64,000 nt of DNA. It comes from Sphagnum compactum (lineage: Eukaryota). The stretch lies in contig OZ234493.1 in the NCBI GenBank assembly GCA_965153455.1, positions 30,928,213 to 30,992,212 of the forward strand, given 5' to 3'. Made by a program: the position numbers and the translations under genes. A model generated the notes under the pieces. That model saw only the letters and a program-made list of their open reading frames with translations, was not told the origin of the DNA and did no database searches. Position 1 is the stretch's first letter, and each line of letters begins with the position of its first letter. Positions 40,292 through 52,397 of this stretch are shown one piece after another.

Positions 40292-42659
40292 TTATTTTCA
40301 TCATTAAACTACTCATCATCATCATCATTAGCTCATGATTTCAACTCATCCCCTAGAGAAGAAGTTAGCTCACAACTTTGAAGTTTTTTCTTTCAAAGTT
40401 TGATATCATATAGCACTAGACTTATTATACAATGTGGGTCTTGCACTTTATTTTTCAATTCAAATCTTGTTGTTGTTGCAATTAATCATGTTGTTGTTAC
40501 ATATTGTTGTTTTTGAATTTTATTTTTTCCTTCATGAATAGATTTGAACACATACCTAGAAGGCTAAATTTTGTTTTTTTTTTTTTTTTCAGCTTTTCCT
40601 TTTGGTCCTGGTGTCCACCATGTGATTTATAATTGAAGTTTTGAATAAATATAACATTGTCAAGTTATTGTTTGGATTTTTGGACTTTTGTAAAGTTTTA
40701 AATTAATTAAATATGTGTTATTTCACTTGGATACTAGGAGATTAAAACAAACTGAATGGAAAAAGGATTGAAATTTGGCTTGAAAATTGGTGCACATAGT
40801 ATTACCCCTTCAATTTTATAATATCTTAATAGACCCTCTCATCCACACTTTTCACCCCCTTTAATTTTAAAACTATGCAAATTTTATGGAATTTTACAAA
40901 ATGGCTATTATTATTAACATTTGCCGAAATCCATGGTATGAAATACTTTCATATCTTATCCTTGGCTAGTTTAAATATTATTAAAATATTATTCCATTTA
41001 AATTAAGGGTCAACTAGATGGAGCATGTAATAGTTATGAATTTTTTTTTTCAAGCCCTAAGGAATATTCTGAAATTATAACTTTTATTCATTTTGGCACA
41101 TAAAAATTATTTAATATAATTGTGTAATAATATATTTTGACACATGCAAAATAAAATTTGCACTCCATAGTTATAATTTGATTTTGTTTTGTGGTATATC
41201 TTTTGTTAATGGAAATTTGACCATAAAAAATGTCCACTATGATGTCGTTACATAGCAATGACATGGCAATTTACATGTGAATGATAGGGTCATATGTGGT
41301 TGCCATGAAGGCCCAATGTCATGCACATGGCAATGGGCATGCCCTAAGTACCTTTTTGTGTAGCTAGGTTTCATGAATTCTAGAAACCCTAATAACATAT
41401 TAGCCCATATTTGCTATAATGCTAGTGACAAATCAATGATTCGACTCAACATTAGTTATATAATAAATTTAATATCTTTTAAGTCACCTTGTTTTTGGGC
41501 TTGCCTTTGTCTTTTCATGTTAAGTTTTAAGCTAGTATCCTTAAGGTCACTCAAGTAAGGGACCAACATTCCAAATTCAACACAAGATGGAAACCATCCC
41601 TCTTTATCCCTTTTCTCCCACATTGATGTTCTTTGAAATATAGTAGAGTTTAGCCTACATGGTTAATATCTCATATTTGACTCAATATTTTGATGTGAAA
41701 GCCCAATTAATGTGTAGTAGCTTGTCAATCATGGTTAATATATTGTTTTGATGTAGATGCCCATTATTTTGGTGGGTGCCCCTTAATTCACGAATATTGG
41801 TCAAGTGTTTTCATCTATAATCGAGTATTAAAAAACAGTGGTTTTTTCTTTATCCATTTTCATGCACATTGTGGTGTTAAATCATATTTGAAAAAAAGTT
41901 GTAAATAAGTTATCCTTCAACTTAATACCCTTCAAAATGCAAGAACTCATTACAACTTTTCACTGCTACAACTACTTTTCAGTGAAAGATGGTCCCCTAC
42001 TTTCAATTCATTAGTTGTCTTGAACTCTTTCCATCCATTCCTTTTCTCTTTCACAACCTCTTTCTTTCCGTGTCTCTTTTTCATCTCAGGATTACTCATT
42101 TCATCTTAGGGTTATTTGGTGAAGCCAAACTCGATAGGTAGGGCATTGAGGACTCTGTGAACGCGAATGGGAGAAGATATCACGGTGAAGTCGACCATTT
42201 GACACCACAAACAAGAGCACTCAACATTGCGAAGGAGAACATTCGACACTGCGAAGGAGAGCACTCAACAACGCTCCCCCAACTCCTCCACTATTAGGTA
42301 AGACTTTCAATTTCCAATCTTGGTAATTTAGGGTTTTGAGAACCAAATCTCTAAAGACTTTTTCACAATTCTTTTTTTCACCACGCACACACCACAAACA
42401 AGAAAAACACTCTTCCTTTCCGTGCTCCTTTGTTCCCTTTACTGTGTAGAACAACAATGACAAAGAACTCATGTGCATGTGTTTTGCCTCCAAAAATAGA
42501 CCTAGAAAATTGCAACTACAACTATTCTTTCCATTCTGTAGACTCTAGAAAACAAGATTAAACATAATTCACAATTTAAGACACATCTAGCACCATTTTC
42601 AAATTTCTCCCAATCTCAATTGTTTGCCCAACTCCACACCCCATTTACATCATTTCTTG

Positions 42660-43010
42660 CATGTACTATGTGTGTTTGTACCTCATTCTCTTTGCACTTG
42701 TATCTGGGTGTAATTGTGCCTTTGTGTGTGTTTATTTGTGTCTATGTGTCTCTGTGCATGTGTGTGTGTTTATCCATGTGTGTCTATGCATGTTTGTGTG
42801 TCCATGTGTCCGTATGTGTTTGTGTGGGCCTATTTGTATCTATGTGTCTCTATGTTTCTATGTGTCGATCTATCCCTGTGTGTCTATGCATGTTTGTGAG
42901 TCCATGTGTGTCCATACGTGTCTATGTGTGTTTATGTGTTTGTGTGCGTCAATGTGTCAGCGTCTTTATGTGTCTTGAATTCTTGTATCCATTCATTTGT
43001 GTATCTATGA
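42660..43010. repeat. TG-rich low-complexity tract (TGTGTCTATG-like); similar tract at 39200-39600
   Basis: Seen directly; explains the C/V-rich ORFs. Confidence 0.85.
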
Positions 43011-43698
43011 AGGATTGTCAGGCTGTTTGAATGTCCTTGTGATTTCTTATCATTATACTTCTACTTGTGAATCATATCTGTGTGTATTATGTGTGTGCTT
43101 ACTTGTTTGTGTCTATTAAACTCATCAATCTATGTCTACAATTCCTTATGTCCTTATATTTCCTCTTATATTTCATTACTGTACACATTCTTATCACACA
43201 TCTTTAGTACATGTGTCAAGCAATGTCAAAAATATTTCCATTAACATTTCCCATGTTAATGTCTATCAAAGTCCATCAATTGCTATAGATGGTTTTAAGT
43301 GTTATCCATCTCTAGTTCTCTTTTATCCGTGCTAGTATAAATCTCAATTTCTGTAATCCAATCATGTACTTTGTGTCTTGGTTTCTACACTAGTGGGTAT
43401 ACTATTATGAAATAATGCAGCTTTCAACATGAGTACATGCATTTGACTACATCCATAGCAATCATAGTTGTAACTACATTTCTCCACATGATTACATGCC
43501 AACTTTTTGTATTATATTCATTTTTTTTTTCATTATTTCTGTACACAATCTAGATTTCTGGGAAGCAGATTCAAAGTGTTTCATGAATAGTGAAAAAAAG
43601 GCATTAGGAAAACAAACTTGAAAAAATGGCGACAAAAGCACAATAAGTTCTCTAACACTTTTCAATTATATATGTGATAACAATGAGATGATCTTCGT

Positions 43699-44130
43699 GA
43701 GAAATGCATGGCGGCCACCAAGCATTTCTCAAGATGATGCATTGAAAGACACCTAGCAGCCACCAAGCATTTCTCACAAAGATGCACTAAGAATCGCCTG
43801 GCGGTTGCCAGGCGTTTCTCACAAAAATGCCCTAAGAAAACATGGTAGTTGCTAAGTGTTCTCACAATAATGCAATGAGAAATGCCTGGTGGTTACAAGA
43901 CGATTCTCCAAAAGATGGATTGAAAAACACTTGGCGACCACAAGGGGATTCTCTAGAAGATAAACTAAGAAACACTTGGTAGCCTAGGCAATTCTCTAGA
44001 AGATAAATTGAGAAATGCCTTGCAATCACAAGGTGTTCTTCAAGAAAATACATTGAAAAATGCCTGGTGGCTGTTAGACATTTCTCAAGATGATCAAATG
44101 AAAAATGCCTAGCAGTCGCCAAACGTTTCC
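43699..44130 (+). repeat. Palindrome array B (10 units x 45 bp)
   Basis: Unit example GAGAAATGCATGGCGGCCACCAAGCATTTCTCAAGATGATGCATT. Same core as arrays A and C. Confidence 0.9.
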
Positions 44131-44709
44131 TTGTTAAAACAACTAATGAGCAAGGCTAATTCTTGCTTGTGACAAGTACACTCCCTGTCGCAACCCCACT
44201 TTGAAGGAGTGTGAGCACATCACTCACACTCCCAAAATGGGGACTTGGGAGTCCTCTGGGACTCTCAAAAACTCAGAGTTCGATTGCAGTGGCCAAAAAC
44301 ACCTTGCCTTGAAGTGTTCTTTATACTATTGGAAAGGTCTTGAAGTGTAGATGTTGAAAATGGCCTCGCATGAGCCATTTGGACATCAGCAACATAAGTT
44401 ATGTACGAAAGAAGGGCCGGGAGTCAAACTGGCAGTTTGACTCTCGACCACTAAAAGTCGGGAATCGACCCGACCCCAATGTGTGCAGGTGTAGTACAAC
44501 ACACCAGTGGAAAGCTCTCAAGGAGGGCTACAAGTTTGCTTCAGACCTCATCCCAATCGGAGGTCTGAGCAAGGAGTTATGAACTCCCAAAGTCCGGGAC
44601 AGTTTTGGGACTCCTCCTTGGGAGTCCCGGGAAAAAGTGCCATTTGGATGTAGGTGCCGCGGAGTAACGCAGGGTGAACCCCAGAGAGGGGAGGGAGGCA
44701 ACAGCCCCT

Positions 44710-47700
44710 TCAATCATTAGAGAAATTCAAATAATACAAAGGGGGAAGGAAATGCCACCCGATGGTGGCATTGTCCTTCCCGAGAACGTTCATATGCAAC
44801 CATTCCTTTCTAAAGGCTAACTCAATGCTAGACTGGATATCCGGGTCCTTGGTGGGGCGGTGAGATCTAATAGCCTTCCAAGTGGCCATATCGACCTTGA
44901 CCGTCGCCACCCAGGCCTGAGTGAGGACCTTTTTGAGGGAGTACTGGTCCCCAAAGTGTCTTCGGCACCTTTCGGACCAGAGGTAATAAAGAATGAAACT
45001 ACGAAGGATGTCTAGAGGTTTTCTGGGATAGGTGAAGCCGCCCGTGTGGTACGCGAGGAGCCCAGGGGGGTCTTCCTCTCTGTCCAGGACCGCTTCTCCG
45101 AGGAGCACGAACGGCCATGAGGGGGTGAAGCCGTCGGGTGCTCTCCATTCGTCCCAGATTCTCTTGTAAACTTCCCACGCTCGTTGGGCCATGGGGTACT
45201 CGAGTAAGCAGTGTTGGGGAGATTCCTCGGCACCCGAGTCGCAAACTTTGCATTGGGGGGGGATCCCCATGAGTTGGAGCCAGGTGCCCACCAGGAGTCC
45301 CTGGTTGAGGGTTAGCCAAATGAGCGTGCTCACCTTCCTTGGACGGGCGTTATGCCAGATCCTCGCAATCACTTGGGAGGTCGTGGAATTCTGAAGGTTG
45401 AGATCTTGTATGAAGGCGAGCATGCTTGGAGTGTGCGCTCTTTTCCGGGCATTGTTGTAGCCCCTCTTGGCGGTGTACCCAAAGAACGAGGCGTCCCCGA
45501 GGTGTGGAGAGGTTTGCCAGTGCCACTCCCCTGGGTCCCATGGGAGGTCCTTTATGAACCCAGTTTCGAAGACCCAGTGGGTAGGCGGCTTCTTGCTTGT
45601 GGCCTGCAAATCTTTGGCAACTTTGAGGGCCGCCCCGGGTCTTTCTTGAGAGAGGATTCTAACCGGGCTGAAGTTCGCCATGGAGATGGTGATCATCTGA
45701 TGGGTCGCGGCTTGGATGCGCCCGTTGGGCGCTAACTTCTTGAATTCTATCACGTTGGCTTGGCCCGGGGCGGATTCGAGTACAAAGTAAACCCAGTCGA
45801 GTGGGGTGCCCGAGTTAGGAGTCGGGATGCTGATCCAGTCTCCCGCTTGGGGGTGGCTGATGCACTCGTATGGGCGCCATGGGATGCTAGCCGTGATGAC
45901 ATCCTTGCATCGTTTGTTTGATGCGTGGTAGCTCATCCCTAGTTCGGAGAGGCTTTTCCATTCTTTGTCTACGGGGTTCCATAGATCCTTGATCCATGAG
46001 CATCCGAAGCGCGCGAATGCGCTTCCTTTTCTCAGGCCGCTTACTCCGAGCGGGGTGCCGTTTGAGTCGAGGATCGACGGGTTGCCGAATAGGGGCTGCC
46101 TGAAGGTTTCATCCACGTTGGTTGGATTTGCTTTTGTCAGACCTGGCCTCACATTTACCCAAGCTTCGACTATGTTTTTCCACATTGAGCAACGGATCCT
46201 CTTGAGCTTGGGTGCGGCGAAAAGCCAATTGATGTCGGGGGTATTAGGGCCTTTTCCGTGGACGGGGAGTCTGATCTGATCGGCCTTGTGCCTGACCAGC
46301 TCCTTCCATGGCTCCCCGCCCGGGGTAAGTCTTCTGACCAACAACTTGGCCAGCAAGGCCTCGGATTGAGTCTTTGGGTCTATGACGCCCAAGCCCCCTT
46401 GGGCGGTCGGGAGTACCAACGTGTCCCATTTGACCTTGGCACGCGCGGGAGCGTCCTTGCCACTCCAAATGAAATTCCTGACTACCCCCCTGACCTGGGC
46501 GCACATCCACGGGTTGGGGTTCCAACACGCGGCTAGATACCACATTGAGGCAAGTAGGACCTGGTTTGCTACCAGGATCCTTCCAGCCAAGGAGAGGCAA
46601 TTGTGGCTCCAGTTGATGAGCTTGCTTTTGAGGGCGATCATCATTTTATCGAAGTTTGCTTCGGCGGGTAGGTGAAATCCTACCTGGATACCCAGGTATT
46701 GGGTGCCCTCTCCTTCCGGTACCCATTAAGACCGACCTCCCCGCCCCAACTCCAAGTCTTTTCTTTCTTGCTGGCCCAGATGGCGGCCGATTTGTGCCAA
46801 TTGATTTTGGTTCCGGAGGCTTGGCAGAAGAGCTTGAGGACGCTTTGAGCCTTGCCCATATTGTGAGGGGATCCTCTAAGGTATAAGGCAGTATCATCCG
46901 CGAATATTTGGTCTCTGATGAGGCCTCCCCTGGGCAGGGATAAGCCCTCCACTCCGTACTTGGGGTCGGCCATCATGTATCCAAGAACGTCGGTGGCTAG
47001 AATGAATAAATAGGGCGCTAGGGTGCTAGGGTGCAGCCCTGTTTCACGGAACGAGCCAATTGGAAGTCTGGTCCAATGGCGCCGTTTACTCTGATGGCTG
47101 ATGAGGCCGCTTGGTAGAGTGATCTGACCCAGCGCACCTAGGTGTCATTGAAACTGAGTTTCCCCAACACCTTGAAGAGGAATCCCCATTCGATTCGATC
47201 GAAGGCTTTCTCGAAGTCAAGCAGGAGCAGGACCAGATCCTGATCGCTTTCTTCGGCCCATTCCAAGGCTTCTTGGGCTATGAATGCGTTGTCAAGAATG
47301 GATCTACCTTCCACGAAGCCCGTCTGATTGGGCCTGATTATGTGTGGGAGGGTTGCTTGGACTCTTTCGGCGAGCGTTTTCGCCAGGATTTTGTAGGAGA
47401 TGCCGAGGAGGGTTATCGGTCTCCAGTTGCTGAGTCTTGCGTAGTCTCCAGACTTGGGGATGAGCGTGATCATGCCTTTGTTGATGTGGGCCGAGGTCTC
47501 TCCCGCGTTGAGCATAGCCGTGAAGGCTCTAAGAAGATCCGGCGCAACTTCTTGTGCGCATTCATGGAAGAATTCCATGGGGATGCCGTTGTGTCCGGGC
47601 GCCTTTCTTTTGGGTAGGGCGCGGATGGCGTCGTGGATCTCTGTTAGCGTGAGGTTTCTGGTCAGGTTCGAGTTTGTGTCGCCCGTGACCTTGGTCGGGA

Positions 47701-49079
47701 CGCTGAGCCAACATTGTTCTTGGGCTTCCGCGGTGCCGGGGGCGAGAGCGTCCAAGGTGTAAAGACGGGTGTAGTAGTCAGTGATAAAATGAGTGAGGTC
47801 GCGTTGGCCCGTGATGGTTCCGGATTCAGTTTCTAGCTCTCTCAGGAGGGCCTTCTTTTTCCCTATGCGATGGAAATCGTAAAAGGCTTTGGAACATGTG
47901 TCTCCATACCTGAGCCACTTGGCTGAAAAGAGATGGCGGTTGCACGCCACGGAATCCTGGAAGACTTCCGCGAGCTTTCCCTGAGCGTCGGAGAGGATGT
48001 CTCTCACCTCCATGTTTGACGGGTTTCTTTGAAGCAGGATTTCTGCCAGCTGTATTTTTTTGGCGTGTGTCCTCATGCGCATGCCCTGAGCACGTTTTTT
48101 TCTCTTGCAAGACACGTGTTACTGAGCATGACTCTCCCGATTATCGCCTCGAGCCAGGTCGGCCAATTGTAGTCGTTGATGCGGCGCGACTGATCCCTGT
48201 CCCATGCTTCCAACATCTCTTGCTTACTCTTGTCTTCGCTCAGCAAGGAGGTGTCGAAAAAGCGCGGAGGGTTGCCCGGGGGGGGGGGGGGTGTTGCCCC
48301 CACACCGTGATGATTAGCGGCGAGTGGTCTGAGAGTTTTCTTACGGACGCCGCGGTCTCTATTCTGCCTCCCCTTTCGTCTATGTCTTGTGAGATCATGA
48401 ATTTGTCAATTTGCGACACGGCCGCACGCGCGCTTAATCTCCCATTGTCATAGGTGAATTCCTTTTTTGACATCTTTCGGAAGCTATCAAGCCGCCACGC
48501 GTCGACCAGTCCATAGTGCAAGGTCATGTGATGCCAGGAGGCTGCCTCCCTCCTGTGCGTTTGTCTCTCGCCGGAGGTGCTTCTGCGCTCGGTTTTTTCA
48601 AGGTGGTTGAAGTCGCCTCCCACGATGATGTGGTTCGAAGTGAATTCGGCTTGGATTGTCTTCCGCCAGAGTGGGGCTCTGTCGTTGGAAGAGCGTGGGG
48701 CGTAGATATTGACGATGGTTAGGGACCCGTTGTCGAAGGATTGGAGCGTGATGAATTGCGCGTGTCCTTCCATTAGGATTTCGTGTTCTTTGACGAGTGG
48801 AGCGATCACCTTGTCGACCAGAATTGTTGTGCCAGCACTAGTCCTTTGCGAGCGGCCCATGGGTATTCTTTCGTTCCAGAAGGAGGCACCTCTCCAAAAC
48901 TCGATTCCACGGGCGGAGTTCTGAATTCCTTCCTTCCCGAGGTGGTGTTCTTGGATGAGGAGGATTTAGGGGGGGGCGGAGAGTGAGGCTAGCTAGGCCT
49001 TGATTTCTTTCGACTTGGGCGAGTCGCCCCTTATGCCCCTGACATTGAGGGAGGCCAGAGTTAGCGGTTTCTCAATCAT
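44710..49079 (-). pseudogene. LINE ORF2: APE endonuclease, reverse transcriptase and C-terminal zinc-binding region; disrupted
   Basis: MIEKPLTLASLNVRGIRG start at 49079, NIYAP, GGDFN, LSDHSPL (APE). KAPGHNG, NWRPITLL, LLLDFEKAFDRIEW, QGC.L and IFADDT (RT). CKVC..ESPQHCL (zf-RVT-like). Stops and frameshifts include an 8-bp GCACCCTA duplication in the QGCPL motif (~47011-47040). Confidence 0.93.
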
Positions 49080-51945
49080 AGGTAAGTCGATTCCGGGCGG
49101 CTGGCTCGCCGATCGATCCCGTGGTCTTGTTTATGACGCTTGACGGTTGCTCTTGGTCCCCATCGTTTTCCTCTCGCTCAGCGCGGGTGAGGGTATCGTT
49201 GTCTATCCGAGGGGGAAACAACGTCGTGATGTCTAGCTTGGAGTATCTTTTTTTCCTTGTCGCCTGTGGGGAGGCTTGGATGCTCGCCGAGCGATTCTTA
49301 TTTTCTTGTCGGGTCGTGTTCTTTGCTTCGGTTTTCATCAACAAGTTGTGCGCCGGGGCTGCGAATTCAACCTCATTGTTCATGCCCGGTATGAGATCCA
49401 AAGCTTTCTAATGCAAGTGGCGCTTGTTCTGTATGCTCAGGGCATTTGTTCCGGTATCTATGTGAGCTAGAATGGTGCATTCCATGCCCCCTCTACTCGT
49501 CTCCTCTTGCCAGCTCCATTCTAGTTGGGACCGGTCTTTGAGTGTTAGCCTGTACCTTAGGACCTTCTCTTCTAGTTCCACTTCTAGGCGTTGCATGAGG
49601 TCCGCCCAGGCTGAGCTGTGTGACCATTCGGTTTTTGCTGGGCCCGTGATTCTTATGTTGAGCGGGAGACTCGGCCGGGCTTGATTCTTGGAGTGCACTA
49701 GCGTCTCCTTTCGGGAGTTCTTCTCCCTGACCAGGACTGGCCACACTCTTGCTCTAAAGAGTTCACGGTTTGGTGGAACATGAATGCCAAGGGAGGTGAA
49801 GTAGGAGGGGGGTACCTCGGAGTGCAATTGTCCTCTCTTCCCTCCCAGCGTTGCCTCTTGTTATGGGGTGCGGGGGAAGGGTTGATGAAATTCTTGTCGG
49901 GGCGAGGCGAATTTGGGGACGTGCCTCCTTCGTCCTTGGAAGGTCCATCCTTCCATGGCGTCCTCTTAGAGTTTATTGCGCAGGTCCGCCCCTCGGTTTC
50001 CTTCGCTTGGGCTGGCAAAGGGGTTGGCGTTTGCTTCCGAAGCGGGTGCTTGTGGGCTGGCCGTCCCCAATAGTCCAAAGCTTAGTCTAGCCTTTGGTGT
50101 TGAGTCTCTTTCTAGACGCCGTTCGGCATCTTCTTGAGTTTTGCTGTTGGTGTGGCTTGGGGACTCTGGGGGCTCGGTCATGTCCTGGTCCTTCTGATCG
50201 ACAGGCGTCGAGCTCCATTAGCCGGGATCCAATGCTGAGCTTTCAGTATGTTTTTTGATTTATCCATTCGATTGTATGTGGGCGGGGGGGCGGTTTGTTG
50301 AGGTCTTTGCTTCCAAGTGCACTTTGCCTTTCCCCGCCATTTAAGAGTCCGTTGGAGCTTTCTGGGTCGGGCCCAGCTTACTTTCTCGGGGCGCGCCTTG
50401 AGGTGGCGGGCGTGCGTTTGAGGACCTCCCTAAGTTCATGTTTGGGAGGGAGCTGTGATGAGCTGGCCCTTCCTGAGGTTTGATTTTGTTGGTGTTGCAT
50501 ATCCGGGCGTGATGCCCAAATTTGCAACACTTCCGACACTGGTTCGGAAGTCCTGAGTAGAGAATCCTCTGGCGCATTGTATCCGTGGCTGAAGCACCTT
50601 CCGCCATGGAGGGGATCCTAATGTATCCCGCCAGCTTCGTTGTATCTCTGATTTCGATAGTTACCATGGGGCCAGCTGGTCTCTTCATGTATGAGTCGGC
50701 AGCTTCAATGTCCAACACCTCGCCGAGTTTGCTTACCATGATGGTAAGCGCTCTTGCACTTCGGAACTATTCATGGAGGTCGGGGAACTGAACTTTAATC
50801 GTGTGCGTGAGGAGCGCTTCCGCTCCTTGTGCACTAGCATCAAAGTTTGGCGTGTATCTTGAGAAGGAGAGGTTGAGTCCACTCCATTCAATCGTTGTAA
50901 GCTTCCTGGTTGAGATGGCGCCTTCCTCGTTCTCAAAGAGGATCAGGAAATAGCCTCGCGTGAGGAGTGTGCCTGAGATGAACGTTGCCGGGAGGTGGAG
51001 CTTCAAGCATTCGTGTAGAGCTTTGAAGTTCGCTCTCCGTCCCAGAGTTCGTCCTATTACTATTCGGCGAACTTTTTTGGCTGCGTTGCCTTGCATTTCG
51101 AGCACCACGTCCACTGGGAACTCCGCTTCTAACTCCAAACTGTAATCCACCGGCGATGGACCTTGGGTGTCCTCCCCCGTGGAGGAGGTTGTTCCTGGTC
51201 CGCTTCCTGAGTGCGTGATCAGAGTCGGGTTGGGAGGAGCCGTTGTGGGGGTGATCGATTTTTTCCTTGATTCGCTTCTCTCACTCGGTTCCTTTGCTCT
51301 CGCGGCTGAGATATCTTCTCTCGCAACTTGCCTTGCAGCGGCGGCACCCAAGCTCTCCTGATCCGGTCTTTGCCCAACAATTGCAGAAAAGGATTCTGAA
51401 AAGCGAGGAAGAGAGGGGGATTGCTTTGGGAGTACTTGGGTGAGAGAAAGTCGGCCAATCGCCTTGACCACGCTCGTTGTGGCTCGTGTCGAAATGTTCG
51501 GATGGGCGATCGTCGGAGGTGACCGTTGGGGGTGGCCTTCGTGCGTATCTCAATCGCTTTTTGCCGAGATCGCTTGCGCGCTCTTGTTTGGGAACTGACA
51601 TCTCGTCGGGTCATTGAGAGCGGCCGAGTTTTCCGGCACTCGGATTGCGTTCTTCCCGTCTTTGCTGAACGAGCTTCCCGGGAGGGGAGAGCTTGGCGCC
51701 GAGGGAGCTTTGCGAGATCCTTACGCCGGAAGAGCAAAAGATCCATTGGTGAAAGGTGGATCCTCGTTGCTTGTCGGAGCGGGAAAACGGGCGTCGCCAC
51801 CGCTAGGGTTTGGTTTTTTGAATTTGCCGAAACGTTGCCGTGCGCTGCGCCCGGTTTTCCTAATCCTATCAGCCATGAGGAAAAATTCATTGAGTCTGGA
51901 GATCTAGAGATCATCAGACTCTGAATGAATATTCATCTTTACCAT
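49072..51945 (-). pseudogene. LINE ORF1 (DUF4283-like region, CCHC zinc knuckle, long C-terminal extension); disrupted
   Basis: The frame from ATG 51945 runs through in-frame stops into ORFs 50767..51471 and 50341..50739 (LLTRGYFLILFENEE; YSGLPNQCRKCCKFGHHARIC). It ends ...TYD* overlapping the ORF2 ATG (ATGATTGA). Confidence 0.8.
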
Positions 51946-52397
51946 CTAAAAGCACTTAGAAATTGATCAAGAAAAGGTGCATTGTGCTTAGGAATGAGCA
52001 AGTCTCTCTGATACGCACCAAGGGAGCGGAGAGCCCAACGCGGCGAGCCGCAGAGAATGCGGAGTAACGCAGAGAATACTATATGGGGGAAGGTGGTGGC
52101 TTCCCCCGAGTCCGGGCCGTGGGAGTCATGTGAGTCCAGGGTTGCCCGTGGCTTGTCCTAGCACTGAAAGTGCTTCCGAATGTGAACTAACCAACTTGTT
52201 GGTTAGTTTGATGCAGGTTCGCGTAACTAAGTAAAGCTTGTCCCTCGCCCTAGTCTAATCCCGGAGCTTCAGCATGCCCCTCTACCCCTTTTAGTGCTGG
52301 AAGCTAAGAGCGTGCCCCAAGTTCCAAACAATTCCGTTGTTTGACTTCTTTGGACCCAACTTGGGTCTAACGAGGAACTTGGGAGCGCGTCACTCCC

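Larger units (their letters stand above)
44673..52058 (-). mobile_element. Full-length L1-clade LINE (7386 bp), recently inactivated
   Basis: 14-bp TSD GCGGAGTAACGCAG (44659-44672, 52059-52072). Sharp GC-rich block. ORF1 plus ORF2 architecture. Confidence 0.95.
44186..52392. mobile_element. Solo LTR (~807 bp: 44186-44672 plus 52073-52392) split by the LINE
   Basis: TG...CA termini (TGTCGCAAC...GCGCGTCA) and perfect 5-bp TSD CTCCC (44181-44185, 52393-52397). No internal gag/pol. Confidence 0.85.

Noticed and set aside
38061-43030. ORFs 38061..38369, 39200..39463 and 42620..43030
   Set aside because: Translations of (CCTA)n and TG-rich low-complexity DNA.
44999-51924. Numerous short antisense or alternate-frame ORFs over the LINE
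   Set aside because: Expected shadows of GC-rich coding sequence; no independent motifs.
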